Assembly: GCA_964595725.1 (NCBI GenBank)
Contig: CAZQRQ010000011.1
Location: 7,065-71,064, forward strand
Direction: 5' to 3'
DNA length: 64,000 nucleotides
DNA from: an uncultured Rikenellaceae bacterium
GTDB lineage: Bacteria; Bacteroidota; Bacteroidia; Bacteroidales; VadinHA17
How positions within the stretch are numbered: position 1 is the first letter of the stretch; the number at the start of each line of letters is the position of its first letter. The notes under the pieces are model-generated. The model was not told the origin of the DNA. It saw only the letters and a list, made by a program, of their open reading frames with translations, and searched no databases. The translations under genes and the position numbers were made by a program. This document shows, in pieces, positions 36,751 through 47,694 of this stretch.

Positions 36751-38050
36751 ACAACAAGTAAATATCGATTTTATATTCAGGAACGGGCTTAAGGATTTTG
36801 AGGTCCTGCCTCCGCCTGAGGTATGGGAGCGTATCCGTCCGGCCTCAACAGGCAGAAGAAAGGCTTTACTCTTTCTCAGGATAGCAGCGGTAGCGGTAAT
36901 ATTGCTTGGTGTCGGTGTTACATCCTACTACCTCACTAGAAATATTTCCACCTCATTGAACGGATCTGTCATTACCATGAACCAGGATGTCATGCCATCG
37001 GGGTTTTACCTTGAGAAATCAGAAACGCCGGTGCCTGAGCATAAGGTTGCTGTCGCAGATTTAATATCAGATGATGTTGACAATTCATCAACCGAAGATA
37101 TATTACCGGCGTTCAGGCTTGACGAGATCAGTCTTTTTAAACCTATAGTAGCTGAAAATAACAGAAGAACTGTTGAAAACAGCCTTCCTCTTCCTGTAAG
37201 GAGTTCATCGGTTGGGAACTACGCTGATGAGGATAATTATTCTGTTGACAGGGAAGCCGGTGTTTCAGCAATAACAGGGGAAAATAGCAGGTGGAGCGTA
37301 GGGGCTATGGTGTCACCAACTTATTATTCCAGCTTGTATTTGTCGGGCAACGATGCCGGCAGAGATATTAACAATGCTGAGAAAGCTGCTATATCTTACT
37401 CGGGCGGTGTATCTTTTTCGTATAGTGTGAGCAAGAGAATAAGCATTCAGTCAGGTATTTATTATTCGTCTTTGGGGCAGAAAGTGACAGGAGTCAGCTC
37501 CTATTCAGGCTTTGGTAACTTTTTCGAATCCAAAGGGCCAGGCGATTTTATCGTAAAGACTTCAAGCGGTCCAATTATCAGCGATAATCACGATATTTAT
37601 CTCCTCGATGGGAAAGAAGCCGGAAGGGTTATGACCCAGTATACCCTTGATGTATTTGACCCTGTAAAATCCAACCTAAGCTATGTTAACAGTTCACTGC
37701 ACCAGAATTTCAATTACCTTGAGCTTCCCATCGTAATGAGATATAAGATACTTGACAGGAAGGTTGATTTCAACCTTATTGGTGCAATTTCATATAATAT
37801 ACTTCTAGCCAATTCAGCCTATACATATTATGACGGGATTAAGACATATATCGGTAAGACAGACGGGCTGAACCCTTTTACACTTAGCAGTGCTTTAGGG
37901 ATGGGCGTTGAGTATAACCTTACAGATCATCTCCTGTTTAATCTTGAGCCCACCTTCCGTTATTATATGACGCCACTTGGAGGGATTTCCGGATCGTCAA
38001 TTCACCCGTATTCATTTGGAATTTTGTCTGGAGTCTCGTTCAGATTCTGA
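36743..38050 (+). CDS. Putative anti-sigma factor with C-terminal outer-membrane beta-barrel
   Basis: Overlaps the sigma gene by 8 nt; N-terminal D..FR..L.DFE..PP.EVW..I; one TM; low-complexity linker; PorT-like barrel (YLELPI..RY) ending in RF. Confidence 0.75.
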   Translation: MAEQQVNIDFIFRNGLKDFEVLPPPEVWERIRPASTGRRKALLFLRIAAVAVILLGVGVTSYYLTRNISTSLNGSVITMNQDVMPSGFYLEKSETPVPEHKVAVADLISDDVDNSSTEDILPAFRLDEISLFKPIVAENNRRTVENSLPLPVRSSSVGNYADEDNYSVDREAGVSAITGENSRWSVGAMVSPTYYSSLYLSGNDAGRDINNAEKAAISYSGGVSFSYSVSKRISIQSGIYYSSLGQKVTGVSSYSGFGNFFESKGPGDFIVKTSSGPIISDNHDIYLLDGKEAGRVMTQYTLDVFDPVKSNLSYVNSSLHQNFNYLELPIVMRYKILDRKVDFNLIGAISYNILLANSAYTYYDGIKTYIGKTDGLNPFTLSSALGMGVEYNLTDHLLFNLEPTFRYYMTPLGGISGSSIHPYSFGILSGVSFRF

Positions 38051-38129
38051 TCCTTTCCATTCGAATATATTTATGCCATTATATGTTATTTTGGAGAATG
38101 AGTTTCTAGTTCTTCAGGCTTAAAAATAT

Positions 38130-38137
38130 TACCTTTG
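38130..38137 (+). promoter_or_regulatory. -7 promoter box (TACCTTTG)
   Basis: Matches TAnnTTTG upstream of the transglycosylase-uvrA genes. Confidence 0.6.
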
Positions 38138-38165
38138 CATTTCATTTTTTAATCATCTTCCATCA

Positions 38166-39152
38166 ATGCCAGAAAAAAGAGATAAAAGCAGGACCTTATT
38201 CACAATACTAATAGCCCTTTTTGCAGGTTTAACCGGATTGCTGACAATATCCGGATTTAACTGGGAAAGAAGGACCGATACAGAACAGGATTATGACCTG
38301 GATATAAAGAACGACCAGTCGCTGAGCTACAGGATGCCTGATACCATAAGCTTTGCCGGAGAGAGAGTTCCCCTGGAGAATTTTGACACAAAGGAAAGCC
38401 TGGAAAGGGAAATAGTCACGACAACATACAGGCATTCATCAACCATCCTGATTATAAAGCGCGCCAGACGATTTATGCCCGTAATAGAAAAAATCCTCAG
38501 GGAGAATAATATCCCGGATGATTTTAAATATCTGGCAGTGGCGGAAAGCGATCTGAGCAATGCTATCTCCCCGGCAGGAGCAACAGGCTTTTGGCAAATA
38601 ATGGCATCCACCGGACGAGAACAGGGAATGGAGATAAACAATGAGGTTGACGAAAGGTATGACCTGGAAAAATCTACGAAATTCGCATGCGATTACTTTC
38701 ATAAATCATATGATAAATATGGCAACTGGACCCTGGCCGCTGCATCATATAACGGTGGAAGAAACGGTATCGACGACCAGATCGAAATCCAGAAGGAGCA
38801 TAATTATTATGATCTCCTTTTAACTGAGGAAACGGCAAGATATATTTTCAGGGTACTGTCGTACAAGCTTGTGATTAATGATCCTGCTTCTTTCGGTTTT
38901 GATATTGACAGCACAGAGCTTTACCCGGAACTCAGATATTACAAGGTTGAAGTAGATACTGCTGTTTCTGATTTTGCCGATTTTGCAAAGGGCTATGGTA
39001 CAAACTACAAAATGCTGAAGTTGCTGAATCCATGGCTCAGAAAACCTTACCTGACTAACAGGTCAGGAAAATCATACATGATCAAAATCCCTGAAGCGGG
39101 TAGCAGGAAGATACCTGACGACTACCCGGAAACTGACATGTCTTTTGAGTGA
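38166..39152 (+). CDS. Lytic transglycosylase (SLT/MltD-like)
   Basis: IPDDFKYLAVAES catalytic Glu, SPAGA.GFWQ, AAASYNGG, EETARY, N.K.LK.LNPWL. Confidence 0.92.
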   Translation: MPEKRDKSRTLFTILIALFAGLTGLLTISGFNWERRTDTEQDYDLDIKNDQSLSYRMPDTISFAGERVPLENFDTKESLEREIVTTTYRHSSTILIIKRARRFMPVIEKILRENNIPDDFKYLAVAESDLSNAISPAGATGFWQIMASTGREQGMEINNEVDERYDLEKSTKFACDYFHKSYDKYGNWTLAAASYNGGRNGIDDQIEIQKEHNYYDLLLTEETARYIFRVLSYKLVINDPASFGFDIDSTELYPELRYYKVEVDTAVSDFADFAKGYGTNYKMLKLLNPWLRKPYLTNRSGKSYMIKIPEAGSRKIPDDYPETDMSFE

Positions 39153-39162
39153 CCCAAATCAG

Positions 39163-41982
39163 ATGAGTGAGGAACTAAAAGTACTTGGTGCACGGGTCCA
39201 TAATCTGAAGAACCTGGATGTTTCTATCCCCAGGAACAAGCTTGTTGTAATTACAGGATTGAGTGGGAGTGGAAAATCATCGCTGGCATTCGATACAATA
39301 TATGCAGAGGGTCAAAGGCGATATATGGAAACCCTTTCAGCTTATGCCAGGCAATTCATAGGTGGAATGGAAAGACCGGATGTGGATAAGATAACAGGAC
39401 TGAGTCCGGTGATTTCCATTGAGCAGAAGACAACTAACAAAAATCCACGTTCAACTGTCGGTACAATCACAGAGATCTACGATTTCCTGAGGCTTTTATT
39501 TGCAAGAGCATCTGAGGCATACTCTTATGCATCAGGCGAAAAAATGGTCAGGTATACAGATGAGCAGATCAACTCATTGATAAAGTCGAAGTTTGAGAAC
39601 AGGAGAATATTGCTCCTGGCACCAGTAGTGAAAGGGAGAAAAGGCCATTACAAGGAACTTTTCGAACAATACAGGAGGAAAGGGTTTCTGTCGGTCAGAA
39701 TAAATGGCGAGATTAAGGAGCTAAAGCCTGGCTTGAAACTTGACAGGTACAAGACCCATTTTATTGAACTTGTAGTTGACAAATTCCTTGTGGGGGAAGT
39801 CTCGGATAAAAGAATGGGTGAATCTGTCCTTCTCTCTCTTGATCAGGGCGATGGTGTAATGATGGTCCTGGATGCTGATGCGGGAGAACTGAGATATTTC
39901 AGCCGTCATCTGATGTGTCCTGTTACCGGGATATCGTACAACGAACCTGCACCTCATAGTTTTTCTTTCAATTCACCCCAGGGGGCATGCCCGCACTGTA
40001 ACGGGCTGGGAGAGGTGTCAAGCATCGATCTCAGGAAGCTGATTCCAGACGATTCACTGAGTATCAGGAAAGGTGGTATCGAGCCTCTGGGTAAATACAG
40101 GAATATATGGATTTTCTGGCAGATCGAGGCTATTGCAGAAAAGAACGGTTTTACACTTGATACTCCGATAAGGGACATTCCTGAAGAGGCTCTCAATAAG
40201 GTTCTTTACGGTTCAGATGAAGTCCTGAAGCTATCAAACACACCGCTGGGGATGACATCAAATTATTTCCTGACATTTGAAGGTGTTGTTAACTTTATAG
40301 GTAACGTTGAGGTGGTTAACGGGCAGAAGAACAGCACCAGGATAAGAGAACAATATGTACAGTATGAAATATGCCCGGAATGTAATGGTACCAGGCTTAA
40401 AAAGGAGGCTCTCTGGTTCAGGATAGGGGATAAGAACATAGGAGAATTATCTTCAATGGACATTCGTGACCTCTCTGCTTTTCTCTCAGGTATTGAAACC
40501 ATGTTGAGCGACAGGCAGCGAAAGATAGCAGGTGAGATACTCAAGGAGATAAGAGCCAGGCTTGGTTTTCTGGTGGATGTGGGTCTCGACTACCTGTCCC
40601 TTAACAGGGGCGCAAGAACATTGTCGGGTGGTGAAAGTCAGCGTATCAGGCTTGCAACCCAGATCGGATCCAGACTTGTTAATGTACTTTACATACTCGA
40701 TGAACCAAGCATAGGACTCCATCAGAGAGACAACAGACGGCTTATTACCTCACTCAAGCAGCTACGGGATTCTGGTAATTCAGTCATTGTGGTTGAACAC
40801 GACAGGGAAATGATAATGTCGGCAGACCATATTGTAGATATAGGACCAGGTGCAGGCATTCATGGCGGAAAGGTAGTTGCGGAAGGCCATCCTCTCGAAT
40901 TCAGGGACTGTGATACTCTTACAGCCAGTTACCTAAACAGTTGCAGAAAGCTTGAAGTACCTGAGGTACGCCGAAAAGGCAACGGTAAAGTTCTCAGTAT
41001 CATAGGCGCTAAAGGTCATAACCTGCAAAATATCAACGTGGACTTTCCACTTGGTACTTTTATAGGCGTGACAGGTGTTTCCGGCAGCGGTAAATCTTCA
41101 CTTGTCAACCAGACTCTTCATCCTGCCCTGGCAATGAAGTATCATAATGCCGGAAAGACACCTCTTGCCTACAGTAAAATAACGGGGATGGAACATATTG
41201 ACAAGGTTATTGAGGTGAGCCAGGCGCCGATCGGTAAAACACCCAGGTCAAATCCTGCGACGTATACCGGTGTTTTTACCGATATCAGGAAGCTTTATGA
41301 ACAGACTACCGAGGCAAAGATACGTGGTTTTAAAGCCGGAAGGTTTTCTTTCAATGTTAAGGGTGGGAGGTGTGAAGGATGTGAAGGGGCCGGAGTCAAG
41401 ACTATTGAGATGAATTTCCTGCCTGATGTTTATGTTCATTGTACTGAATGTAACGGTAAGAGATATAATAAGGAAACCCTGGAAGTAAAATACAAAGGTA
41501 AGTCAATAAGCGATGTGCTGGAGATGACCGTTGATAATGCTGTTGAGTTCTTTGCAAATGTTCCGTCAATTTATCATAAGATCAAGACGCTACAGGATGT
41601 TGGTCTTGGATATATCAGGCTGGGGCAACAGTCAACAACACTTTCAGGTGGTGAATCACAGAGGGTGAAGCTCGCCACAGAACTTGCCAGGCGCGATACC
41701 GGAAAGACCCTGTATATCCTGGATGAACCTACAACAGGGCTTCATTTTGAAGATGTGAGGGTACTTATGGATGTACTTGACAGGCTTGTCGACAGGGGTA
41801 ATACGGTAATTGTCATCGAGCACAATATGGACGTGATTAAAATGGCAGACTATATAATTGACCTGGGTCGTGAAGGAGGGAAGCAGGGCGGGGAGGTTGT
41901 ATTTGCCGGGACACCCGAAGAACTGGTTAAATGCAAGGAGAGTTATACCGGAATTTACCTCAAGCCGGAACTTAAGACATAA
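39163..41982 (+). CDS. uvrA: Excinuclease ABC subunit A
   Basis: [30 protein letters not shown], two ABC cassettes with LSGGE, Zn fingers. ATG 39163 preferred over TTG 39145. Confidence 0.97.
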   Translation: MSEELKVLGARVHNLKNLDVSIPRNKLVVITGLSGSGKSSLAFDTIYAEGQRRYMETLSAYARQFIGGMERPDVDKITGLSPVISIEQKTTNKNPRSTVGTITEIYDFLRLLFARASEAYSYASGEKMVRYTDEQINSLIKSKFENRRILLLAPVVKGRKGHYKELFEQYRRKGFLSVRINGEIKELKPGLKLDRYKTHFIELVVDKFLVGEVSDKRMGESVLLSLDQGDGVMMVLDADAGELRYFSRHLMCPVTGISYNEPAPHSFSFNSPQGACPHCNGLGEVSSIDLRKLIPDDSLSIRKGGIEPLGKYRNIWIFWQIEAIAEKNGFTLDTPIRDIPEEALNKVLYGSDEVLKLSNTPLGMTSNYFLTFEGVVNFIGNVEVVNGQKNSTRIREQYVQYEICPECNGTRLKKEALWFRIGDKNIGELSSMDIRDLSAFLSGIETMLSDRQRKIAGEILKEIRARLGFLVDVGLDYLSLNRGARTLSGGESQRIRLATQIGSRLVNVLYILDEPSIGLHQRDNRRLITSLKQLRDSGNSVIVVEHDREMIMSADHIVDIGPGAGIHGGKVVAEGHPLEFRDCDTLTASYLNSCRKLEVPEVRRKGNGKVLSIIGAKGHNLQNINVDFPLGTFIGVTGVSGSGKSSLVNQTLHPALAMKYHNAGKTPLAYSKITGMEHIDKVIEVSQAPIGKTPRSNPATYTGVFTDIRKLYEQTTEAKIRGFKAGRFSFNVKGGRCEGCEGAGVKTIEMNFLPDVYVHCTECNGKRYNKETLEVKYKGKSISDVLEMTVDNAVEFFANVPSIYHKIKTLQDVGLGYIRLGQQSTTLSGGESQRVKLATELARRDTGKTLYILDEPTTGLHFEDVRVLMDVLDRLVDRGNTVIVIEHNMDVIKMADYIIDLGREGGKQGGEVVFAGTPEELVKCKESYTGIYLKPELKT

Positions 41983-42024
41983 TATTTTTTATATTTGAAG
42001 ACATTAAACAATATTCGTAGAAAC

Positions 42025-42735
42025 ATGGAGAAACCAGCAGACCTGATAAAGGAAGCTTTTGACCAAAAGAACTGGAATGAAATCCATACAACCGATTCAT
42101 GGCGTGTATTTAAAATACTATCAGAGCTTGTGGAAGGATTTGAGAAATTATCCCGTATCGGACCGTGTGTATCGATATTCGGTTCTGCAAGAACTCATTT
42201 CAATGATAAGTATTATAAGATGGCCGAAGATATAGCCTTTAAGCTGACCCAGAAAGGTTATGGAGTCATTACCGGTGGAGGCCCTGGCATAATGGAAGCT
42301 GCAAATAAAGGAGCCAGCAAGGGTAATGGCAAATCAGTTGGAATCAATATTGATCTTCCTTTTGAACAGAAGCCAAATTCCTATATTGATCCGGATAAGC
42401 TTATCACTTTTGACCATTTCTTTATCAGGAAAGTAATGTTTATGAAGTATGCGCAGGGATTCATAGTATTGCCTGGTGGATTCGGGACTTTTGACGAGCT
42501 TTTTGAAGCCATTACACTTATCCAGACAAGGAAGATAGGTAAGTTCCCGATTGTCCTGGTAGGAAAGAAATACTGGAAGGGATTAATCGAGTGGATCAAG
42601 AACGTAATGCTTGGTGATGAACAGAATATTTCACCCGATGACCTTAATCTGTTTAAGCTTGTTGATACATCAGACGAGGCTGTTGAACTCATAGATGAAT
42701 TCTACTCTCGTTACCTGCTCAGTCCAAACTTCTGA
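42025..42735 (+). CDS. LOG family protein (TIGR00730-like nucleotide monophosphate nucleosidase)
   Basis: SIFGSAR, TGGGPGIMEAANKG, RK.MF, PGGFGT.DE.FE. A -7 box at 41990-41997 overlaps the track's TTG start, favouring ATG 42025. Confidence 0.92.
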   Translation: MEKPADLIKEAFDQKNWNEIHTTDSWRVFKILSELVEGFEKLSRIGPCVSIFGSARTHFNDKYYKMAEDIAFKLTQKGYGVITGGGPGIMEAANKGASKGNGKSVGINIDLPFEQKPNSYIDPDKLITFDHFFIRKVMFMKYAQGFIVLPGGFGTFDELFEAITLIQTRKIGKFPIVLVGKKYWKGLIEWIKNVMLGDEQNISPDDLNLFKLVDTSDEAVELIDEFYSRYLLSPNF

Positions 42736-42742
42736 TTGCATT

Positions 42743-43486
42743 ATGAGAAGACTGATTCTCATAATATTTCTTTTAATCTTATTGTTACCGCGTATTTCCG
42801 GGCAGGTGAAAGTGAAATTAACTTGTCCTGACTCATGGGGCCCGGGCAAGTATTCCAAAGTTACCGTTGACCTTGTTTTTGGAAGGGCAGGGAGTTTTGC
42901 AAGGTTCACCCAGGATTACCCTGATGGCTTTGAGATAGAACCGGATATAATAACAACCGGAGATTTCAGCTGGTCAGATAACCAGCTAAATGTTGTTTGG
43001 ATGGACCTGCCGGAAGACAGGATAGTATCATTCTCCTATTTTGTAAAACCTGAAATCTCAATGAATGGTAGTGTTGACCTTGAGGCCAGGGTAGTATTAA
43101 TAACCGGTGGGGATACGAGGAGTGTATACCGGCCTGAGTCAAAGAAGATTACTATTGGAGGCACCGGAGGAGTGACTGATATTGAGAAACCTTCAGAAAG
43201 ATTTTTGTCCGGGGCAAGATATGAATTCCGGGTACAGGTTACGACGTCTTCAACTAACGATTCTGAAGAGGTAAGGAAGAGGCTTAGAATTGAGCGTGAT
43301 GACAGAATTACAGTAGTAAAGTCCGGCAATATATTCAAGTACCAGGCAGGGTCATTTTCCGATTATGAATCTGCCAGGAAGGCTCTCGAAAGATATATCG
43401 GCATCGGTATCAAGGATGCATTTATAGTTGCCTATGACGGAAATGAGCAGGTACCGGTAAATAGAGCCCTTAATGAGGGGAGGTAA
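42743..43486 (+). CDS. Exported protein with Ig-like N-domain and SPOR-like C-domain
   Basis: Signal peptide; C-terminal FRVQV...KYQAGSF.DY..AR......GIKDAFIVAY pattern. Confidence 0.7.
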   Translation: MRRLILIIFLLILLLPRISGQVKVKLTCPDSWGPGKYSKVTVDLVFGRAGSFARFTQDYPDGFEIEPDIITTGDFSWSDNQLNVVWMDLPEDRIVSFSYFVKPEISMNGSVDLEARVVLITGGDTRSVYRPESKKITIGGTGGVTDIEKPSERFLSGARYEFRVQVTTSSTNDSEEVRKRLRIERDDRITVVKSGNIFKYQAGSFSDYESARKALERYIGIGIKDAFIVAYDGNEQVPVNRALNEGR

Positions 43487-43945
43487 TCAGTTTTTCATTG
43501 ATCTGTCCATTTCGCGCGCTGCGTCCTTCTTTTTCAGGGTCTGTCGTTTGTCATACTCCTTCTTCCCTTTTGCCAGGGCAATCTCCACTTTTGCCAGGCC
43601 TCTTTCGTTTATAAATACCTTAGACACTATTATGGTTAATCCGGTTTCCCTTACCTTCCTTTCCAGCTTTCTGAGTTCCTTACGTGTAAGAAGAAGCTTC
43701 CTCTCCCTTAATGGTTCATGATTATTAAGATTTCCCCACCAGTATTCAGCAATATGCATGCCCTTTAAATAGAGTTCGTTATCACTGAAATGGCAATAGG
43801 AGTCAGAAAGTGTTGCTTTACCTTCCCTTAATGATTTAATCTCCGTACCTGTCAGGACTATGCCGGCCATATACTTCTCGATAAACTCATATTCATAAGA
43901 GGCTTTTTTATTTTTAATTACCGGATTTGAAGATCGACCTTTCAT
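43487..43945 (-). CDS. smpB: SsrA-binding protein
   Basis: NKKA...Y......AGIVL.GTEIKS.R, R.RKLLL, LAKGKK.YDKR. Confidence 0.96.
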   Translation of the reverse strand: MKGRSSNPVIKNKKASYEYEFIEKYMAGIVLTGTEIKSLREGKATLSDSYCHFSDNELYLKGMHIAEYWWGNLNNHEPLRERKLLLTRKELRKLERKVRETGLTIIVSKVFINERGLAKVEIALAKGKKEYDKRQTLKKKDAAREMDRSMKN

Positions 43946-43954
43946 CGGAATTCA

Positions 43955-44536
43955 TTACGCAATAAGTGAAAAATAGATCCTGTCGACAACCGATGAAAGA
44001 AATATACTGAAAGCAATATAGAAGACCGTAACTATTATAGCAATAGCTATTAGCAGGGGCATTCTTTTGTGCTCCTGGGGATTAAGCATCCTGTCGGCCC
44101 CTGATAAGAATATGTACAGTCCGTAAATGGACAGGATATTGATGAATATCAGTGAGTCAAATAACTGGCTGACCATCTGGCAAATGAGATACGGCGTAAG
44201 CGAATAAACAATTAGCTTATAGGAGGTCAGAAAGTTCTTTCCAAGATCGAGTGCTTTGGTGATTTCGCTCAGGATAATTGCCGAAAGGTAAACAACAATT
44301 AGGTTAAGCAATAATACCTTCAGAGCGATAAGGAGGGAGTAGACGGGTGACAGCGTGGAATTTATGAAAATAAGGGAACCCAAAAAAGCACAAATTGTAA
44401 TCAGTAATATTACCGGAAGAAGAAAGCTGTTGCGTACATCCTTAACAGGCCTGTTCTCCTTGTGGATAAACTCCCATGCTTTGGAAGGATTTAGAATAAT
44501 ATACCTGATCCTGTGATATAAAAACCTGAAATCCAT
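43955..44536 (-). CDS. Yip1 family membrane protein
   Basis: I..P.KAWE.I, five TM helices, YSLTPY, YG.Y motif. Confidence 0.8.
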   Translation of the reverse strand: MDFRFLYHRIRYIILNPSKAWEFIHKENRPVKDVRNSFLLPVILLITICAFLGSLIFINSTLSPVYSLLIALKVLLLNLIVVYLSAIILSEITKALDLGKNFLTSYKLIVYSLTPYLICQMVSQLFDSLIFINILSIYGLYIFLSGADRMLNPQEHKRMPLLIAIAIIVTVFYIAFSIFLSSVVDRIYFSLIA

Positions 44537-44622
44537 ATCAATCCGCTTTTGTGAGGGGCAAAATTAACTAATTTTATTGTTAACTTGCTTTAAAAAGCAG
44601 ATACTTTATTTTATTATTCACC

Positions 44623-45540
44623 ATGAGAAATTATGATCTTGTTGTTATCACCGGGCCAACAGCCACAGGAAAGACAGCAGTTGCATCGGCAGTAGCGGCG
44701 GAACTGAAAGGGGAGGTTATCAGCGCTGATTCAAGGCAGGTATACAGGAGAATGGATATTGGAACCGGGAAGGATTATGGTGATTATATAGTCGGGGGAA
44801 GACAGATTCCTGTTCACCTAATAGATATTGTGGAACCGGGATACAGGTATAATGTATTCGAGTACCAGAGGGACTTTTTGAAAGTTTATTCGGATATGAA
44901 GTCCAGGAATGTATTTCCGGTGGTATGCGGCGGATCGGGGATGTACGTTGACAGTGTTGTTACAGGATACCGACTGATAGAGGTTCCTCCGGATCCGGTT
45001 TTCAGGGAAGAGATGAACAGCAAAACTATGGAAGAACTTACAGGATTGCTGAAGTCATACAAAACGCTGCACAATAAAACGGATATCGATTCGAAGAAGA
45101 GAGTTATCAGGGCACTTGAAATAGAGAAGTATTATCTTCTTGCCGGCGAGGGAGCAGTTAAGCTACCTTCAGTGAAACCGCTAATAGCCGGCATTTATCT
45201 CGATCGTGAAAACAGGCGAAAGCGAATTTCTGAAAGACTCGAATACAGGCTTAAAAACGGTATGATAGATGAGGTAAGGAAGTTACTGGATGATGGTATA
45301 GACAGTGAAACGCTTATCTATTACGGTCTGGAATATAAATATATCACCCGGTTTTTAATGGGTGAAATTACCTGTGAAGAAATGATGGCCGGCCTTGAGA
45401 CTGCAATACACCGGTATGCGAAAAGACAGATGACCTGGTTCAGGGGCATGGAGCGTAAAGGTATTAAAATACACTGGATTGACGGATTACTTCAAACCAG
45501 TGAGAAAGTTAGCCGGGTAATAAATCTGTTGGAATCCTGA
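44623..45540 (+). CDS. miaA: tRNA dimethylallyltransferase (MiaA family)
   Basis: GPTATGKT, ISADSRQVY..MDIGTGK, GGSGMY, YAKRQ.TWF. Confidence 0.9.
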   Translation: MRNYDLVVITGPTATGKTAVASAVAAELKGEVISADSRQVYRRMDIGTGKDYGDYIVGGRQIPVHLIDIVEPGYRYNVFEYQRDFLKVYSDMKSRNVFPVVCGGSGMYVDSVVTGYRLIEVPPDPVFREEMNSKTMEELTGLLKSYKTLHNKTDIDSKKRVIRALEIEKYYLLAGEGAVKLPSVKPLIAGIYLDRENRRKRISERLEYRLKNGMIDEVRKLLDDGIDSETLIYYGLEYKYITRFLMGEITCEEMMAGLETAIHRYAKRQMTWFRGMERKGIKIHWIDGLLQTSEKVSRVINLLES

Positions 45541-45576
45541 ATCTCAGCCTGTATAGCCTCCACACCCTCTGCACCT

Positions 45577-47640
45577 TTATTTAAGGTATGTATCGAGCCA
45601 ATTGAAGAATTCATTCTGCCATATAACCGCATTTTGTGGTTTTGATACAAAATGTGTTTCATCCTCAAAGAAAAGCAATTTGCTCGGGATACCTTTTAAC
45701 TGAGCAGCCTGGAAGGCCTCCATACTCTGCGTATATGGTATCCTGAAATCATTCTGGCCGGTTATTATTAGTATAGGTGTTGTCCATTTATTAACCATCA
45801 GGTGGGGTGAAAATTTATAACTTTCAACATCCTCCCAGTAAGGGCCGCCAAAGTCTTTATCAGGGAACCACAATTCCTCGGTTGAGCCGTACCAGCTCTC
45901 AAAATTGAACATCCCGCAGTGAGCGATCAGGGCCTTGAATCTTCTCTGATGAATACCTGCAAGATAAAAGACTGAGAATCCTCCGTAGCTTGCCCCCACT
46001 GCTCCCATCCTGTCACTATCGACATAAGGTTCCCTGACCATGGCATCCGTTGCATCAAGATAATCCTGCATGTTTTTACCGCCGTAATCGCCTGATATCT
46101 GTTCTTTCCAGGCCTGTCCGAATCCTGAATTTCCTCTTCGGTTGGGAGCTACCACGATATATTGGTTTGCTGCCATCATCTGGTAATTCCAGCGGTATGA
46201 CCAGCTTTGCCCGAGAGGCCCCTGGGGTCCTCCTTTGCAGTACAGCAGCATCGGGTATTTCTTCGAAGGATCGAATCCGGGAGGATAGATGACCCACATC
46301 TGGAGATCCTTATTATCACTTGTCTTAATGTATCTCTCTTCAACATTACCCATGCTTATATAATCGTAGATATATTTATTTACGTCTGTGATCTGTTTTA
46401 CTTCACCGGTTTCCAGATCAATATTTGATAATTCGGGAGCCATCGACATAGACATCTTTGCCGCTATCATAACGCCTGAATTCAGGCTTAATGGTCCAAG
46501 GTCATGTACTCCTTCTGTGACTTTAGTCACAGTCCTGTTCTGCCGCGACACGGTGAAAACCTGGCTGGTTCCCAGGTGGGCACAAACGAAATACAGGGTA
46601 TTATTATCAGCCCAGTTGATACTCTCAACATCAAAATCCCAGCCTTTTGAAATCCAGGTGTTTGTTTTTCTGTTTATATCGTAAACCATCAGCCTGTCAA
46701 GGTCCGATTCATAACCATCCCTTTCCATACTCTGGTATGCGATCATTGAGCCATCTGGAGAGAACACCGGGTACCTGTCATAGCCCATGTTGCCTTCCGA
46801 TATATTGGTTTCATTGCCCGTTTCTATATTATACAGGTAGATATCCGAATTTGTACTTACTGCATCTGCTTTGCCGATAAGCCTCTTGGTTGTATAGGCA
46901 ATAAACCTGCTATCAGGGCTCCATGATATTTCAGTTTCGTCGAAATATGGTGCAATAGGAGATTCAAACCTCTGACCTTTCATAATATCTTTATCATCGG
47001 TGACATTCCTGCCATCGAAACCTGCCACAAAAATATGGCTGTATGAGAAATCACTCCAGTAGTTCCAGTGCCTGTACATGAGGTCATCTATTATCCTCAC
47101 CTTAGCTTTGGGAAGGTTGTATTTTTCATTCGCTGTCTGATCAAGCTTGACCCTTCGGGTAAAATAAATACTGTTACCATCTGGGGATATGCTGAAGGTT
47201 TCAAAATCAGCAAGACCTTTTATTTCAGTAAGTTCCGTACCGCTGGCATTCATCGTCCAGAGGCTGCCGTCATTTGTAAAGGCTATTTTCTTACCGTTGT
47301 CTATCCATTGTGGCGAACTGCCACCTTCTTCAGTGAGCTGAACAGGATCTCCTCCTGATGAAGAGATCTTAAAAATATTAGTTATCCTGTTCTCAGTGGG
47401 AAGATCATACTTCGTGAGTGTAAATATGATTTCCGAGCCATCAGGCGAAAGTGAAAAAGACCCTATCCTGCTGAATTTCCAGAGTATCTCCGGGGTCATC
47501 AGCCCTCCGGCCTTTTCATCATCCGTAAGCTGCACATTAATAGCAGTCTGCGATTCAGGTTTTTCAGCATGCTTCTGGTTTTTACAGGAAGCACTGACAA
47601 CAAAAAGCAGTACTAAGAATAGTAAAAGATTTTTTCCCAT
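45577..47640 (-). CDS. S9 family (DPP5-like) serine peptidase lipoprotein
   Basis: Lipobox SASC; beta-propeller; GGPQ, GASYGG nucleophile, DFRIP, DETHF catalytic triad. Confidence 0.93.
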   Translation of the reverse strand: MGKNLLLFLVLLFVVSASCKNQKHAEKPESQTAINVQLTDDEKAGGLMTPEILWKFSRIGSFSLSPDGSEIIFTLTKYDLPTENRITNIFKISSSGGDPVQLTEEGGSSPQWIDNGKKIAFTNDGSLWTMNASGTELTEIKGLADFETFSISPDGNSIYFTRRVKLDQTANEKYNLPKAKVRIIDDLMYRHWNYWSDFSYSHIFVAGFDGRNVTDDKDIMKGQRFESPIAPYFDETEISWSPDSRFIAYTTKRLIGKADAVSTNSDIYLYNIETGNETNISEGNMGYDRYPVFSPDGSMIAYQSMERDGYESDLDRLMVYDINRKTNTWISKGWDFDVESINWADNNTLYFVCAHLGTSQVFTVSRQNRTVTKVTEGVHDLGPLSLNSGVMIAAKMSMSMAPELSNIDLETGEVKQITDVNKYIYDYISMGNVEERYIKTSDNKDLQMWVIYPPGFDPSKKYPMLLYCKGGPQGPLGQSWSYRWNYQMMAANQYIVVAPNRRGNSGFGQAWKEQISGDYGGKNMQDYLDATDAMVREPYVDSDRMGAVGASYGGFSVFYLAGIHQRRFKALIAHCGMFNFESWYGSTEELWFPDKDFGGPYWEDVESYKFSPHLMVNKWTTPILIITGQNDFRIPYTQSMEAFQAAQLKGIPSKLLFFEDETHFVSKPQNAVIWQNEFFNWLDTYLK

Positions 47641-47694
47641 TGGCTTGATATTTGGAGATAGGTAATTTCCGGCCCTGAGCTTGAATATTAATTC

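Noticed and set aside
43487-43945. tmRNA (ssrA) next to smpB
   Set aside because: The flanks are fully coding (0-nt and 9-nt gaps), leaving no room for it
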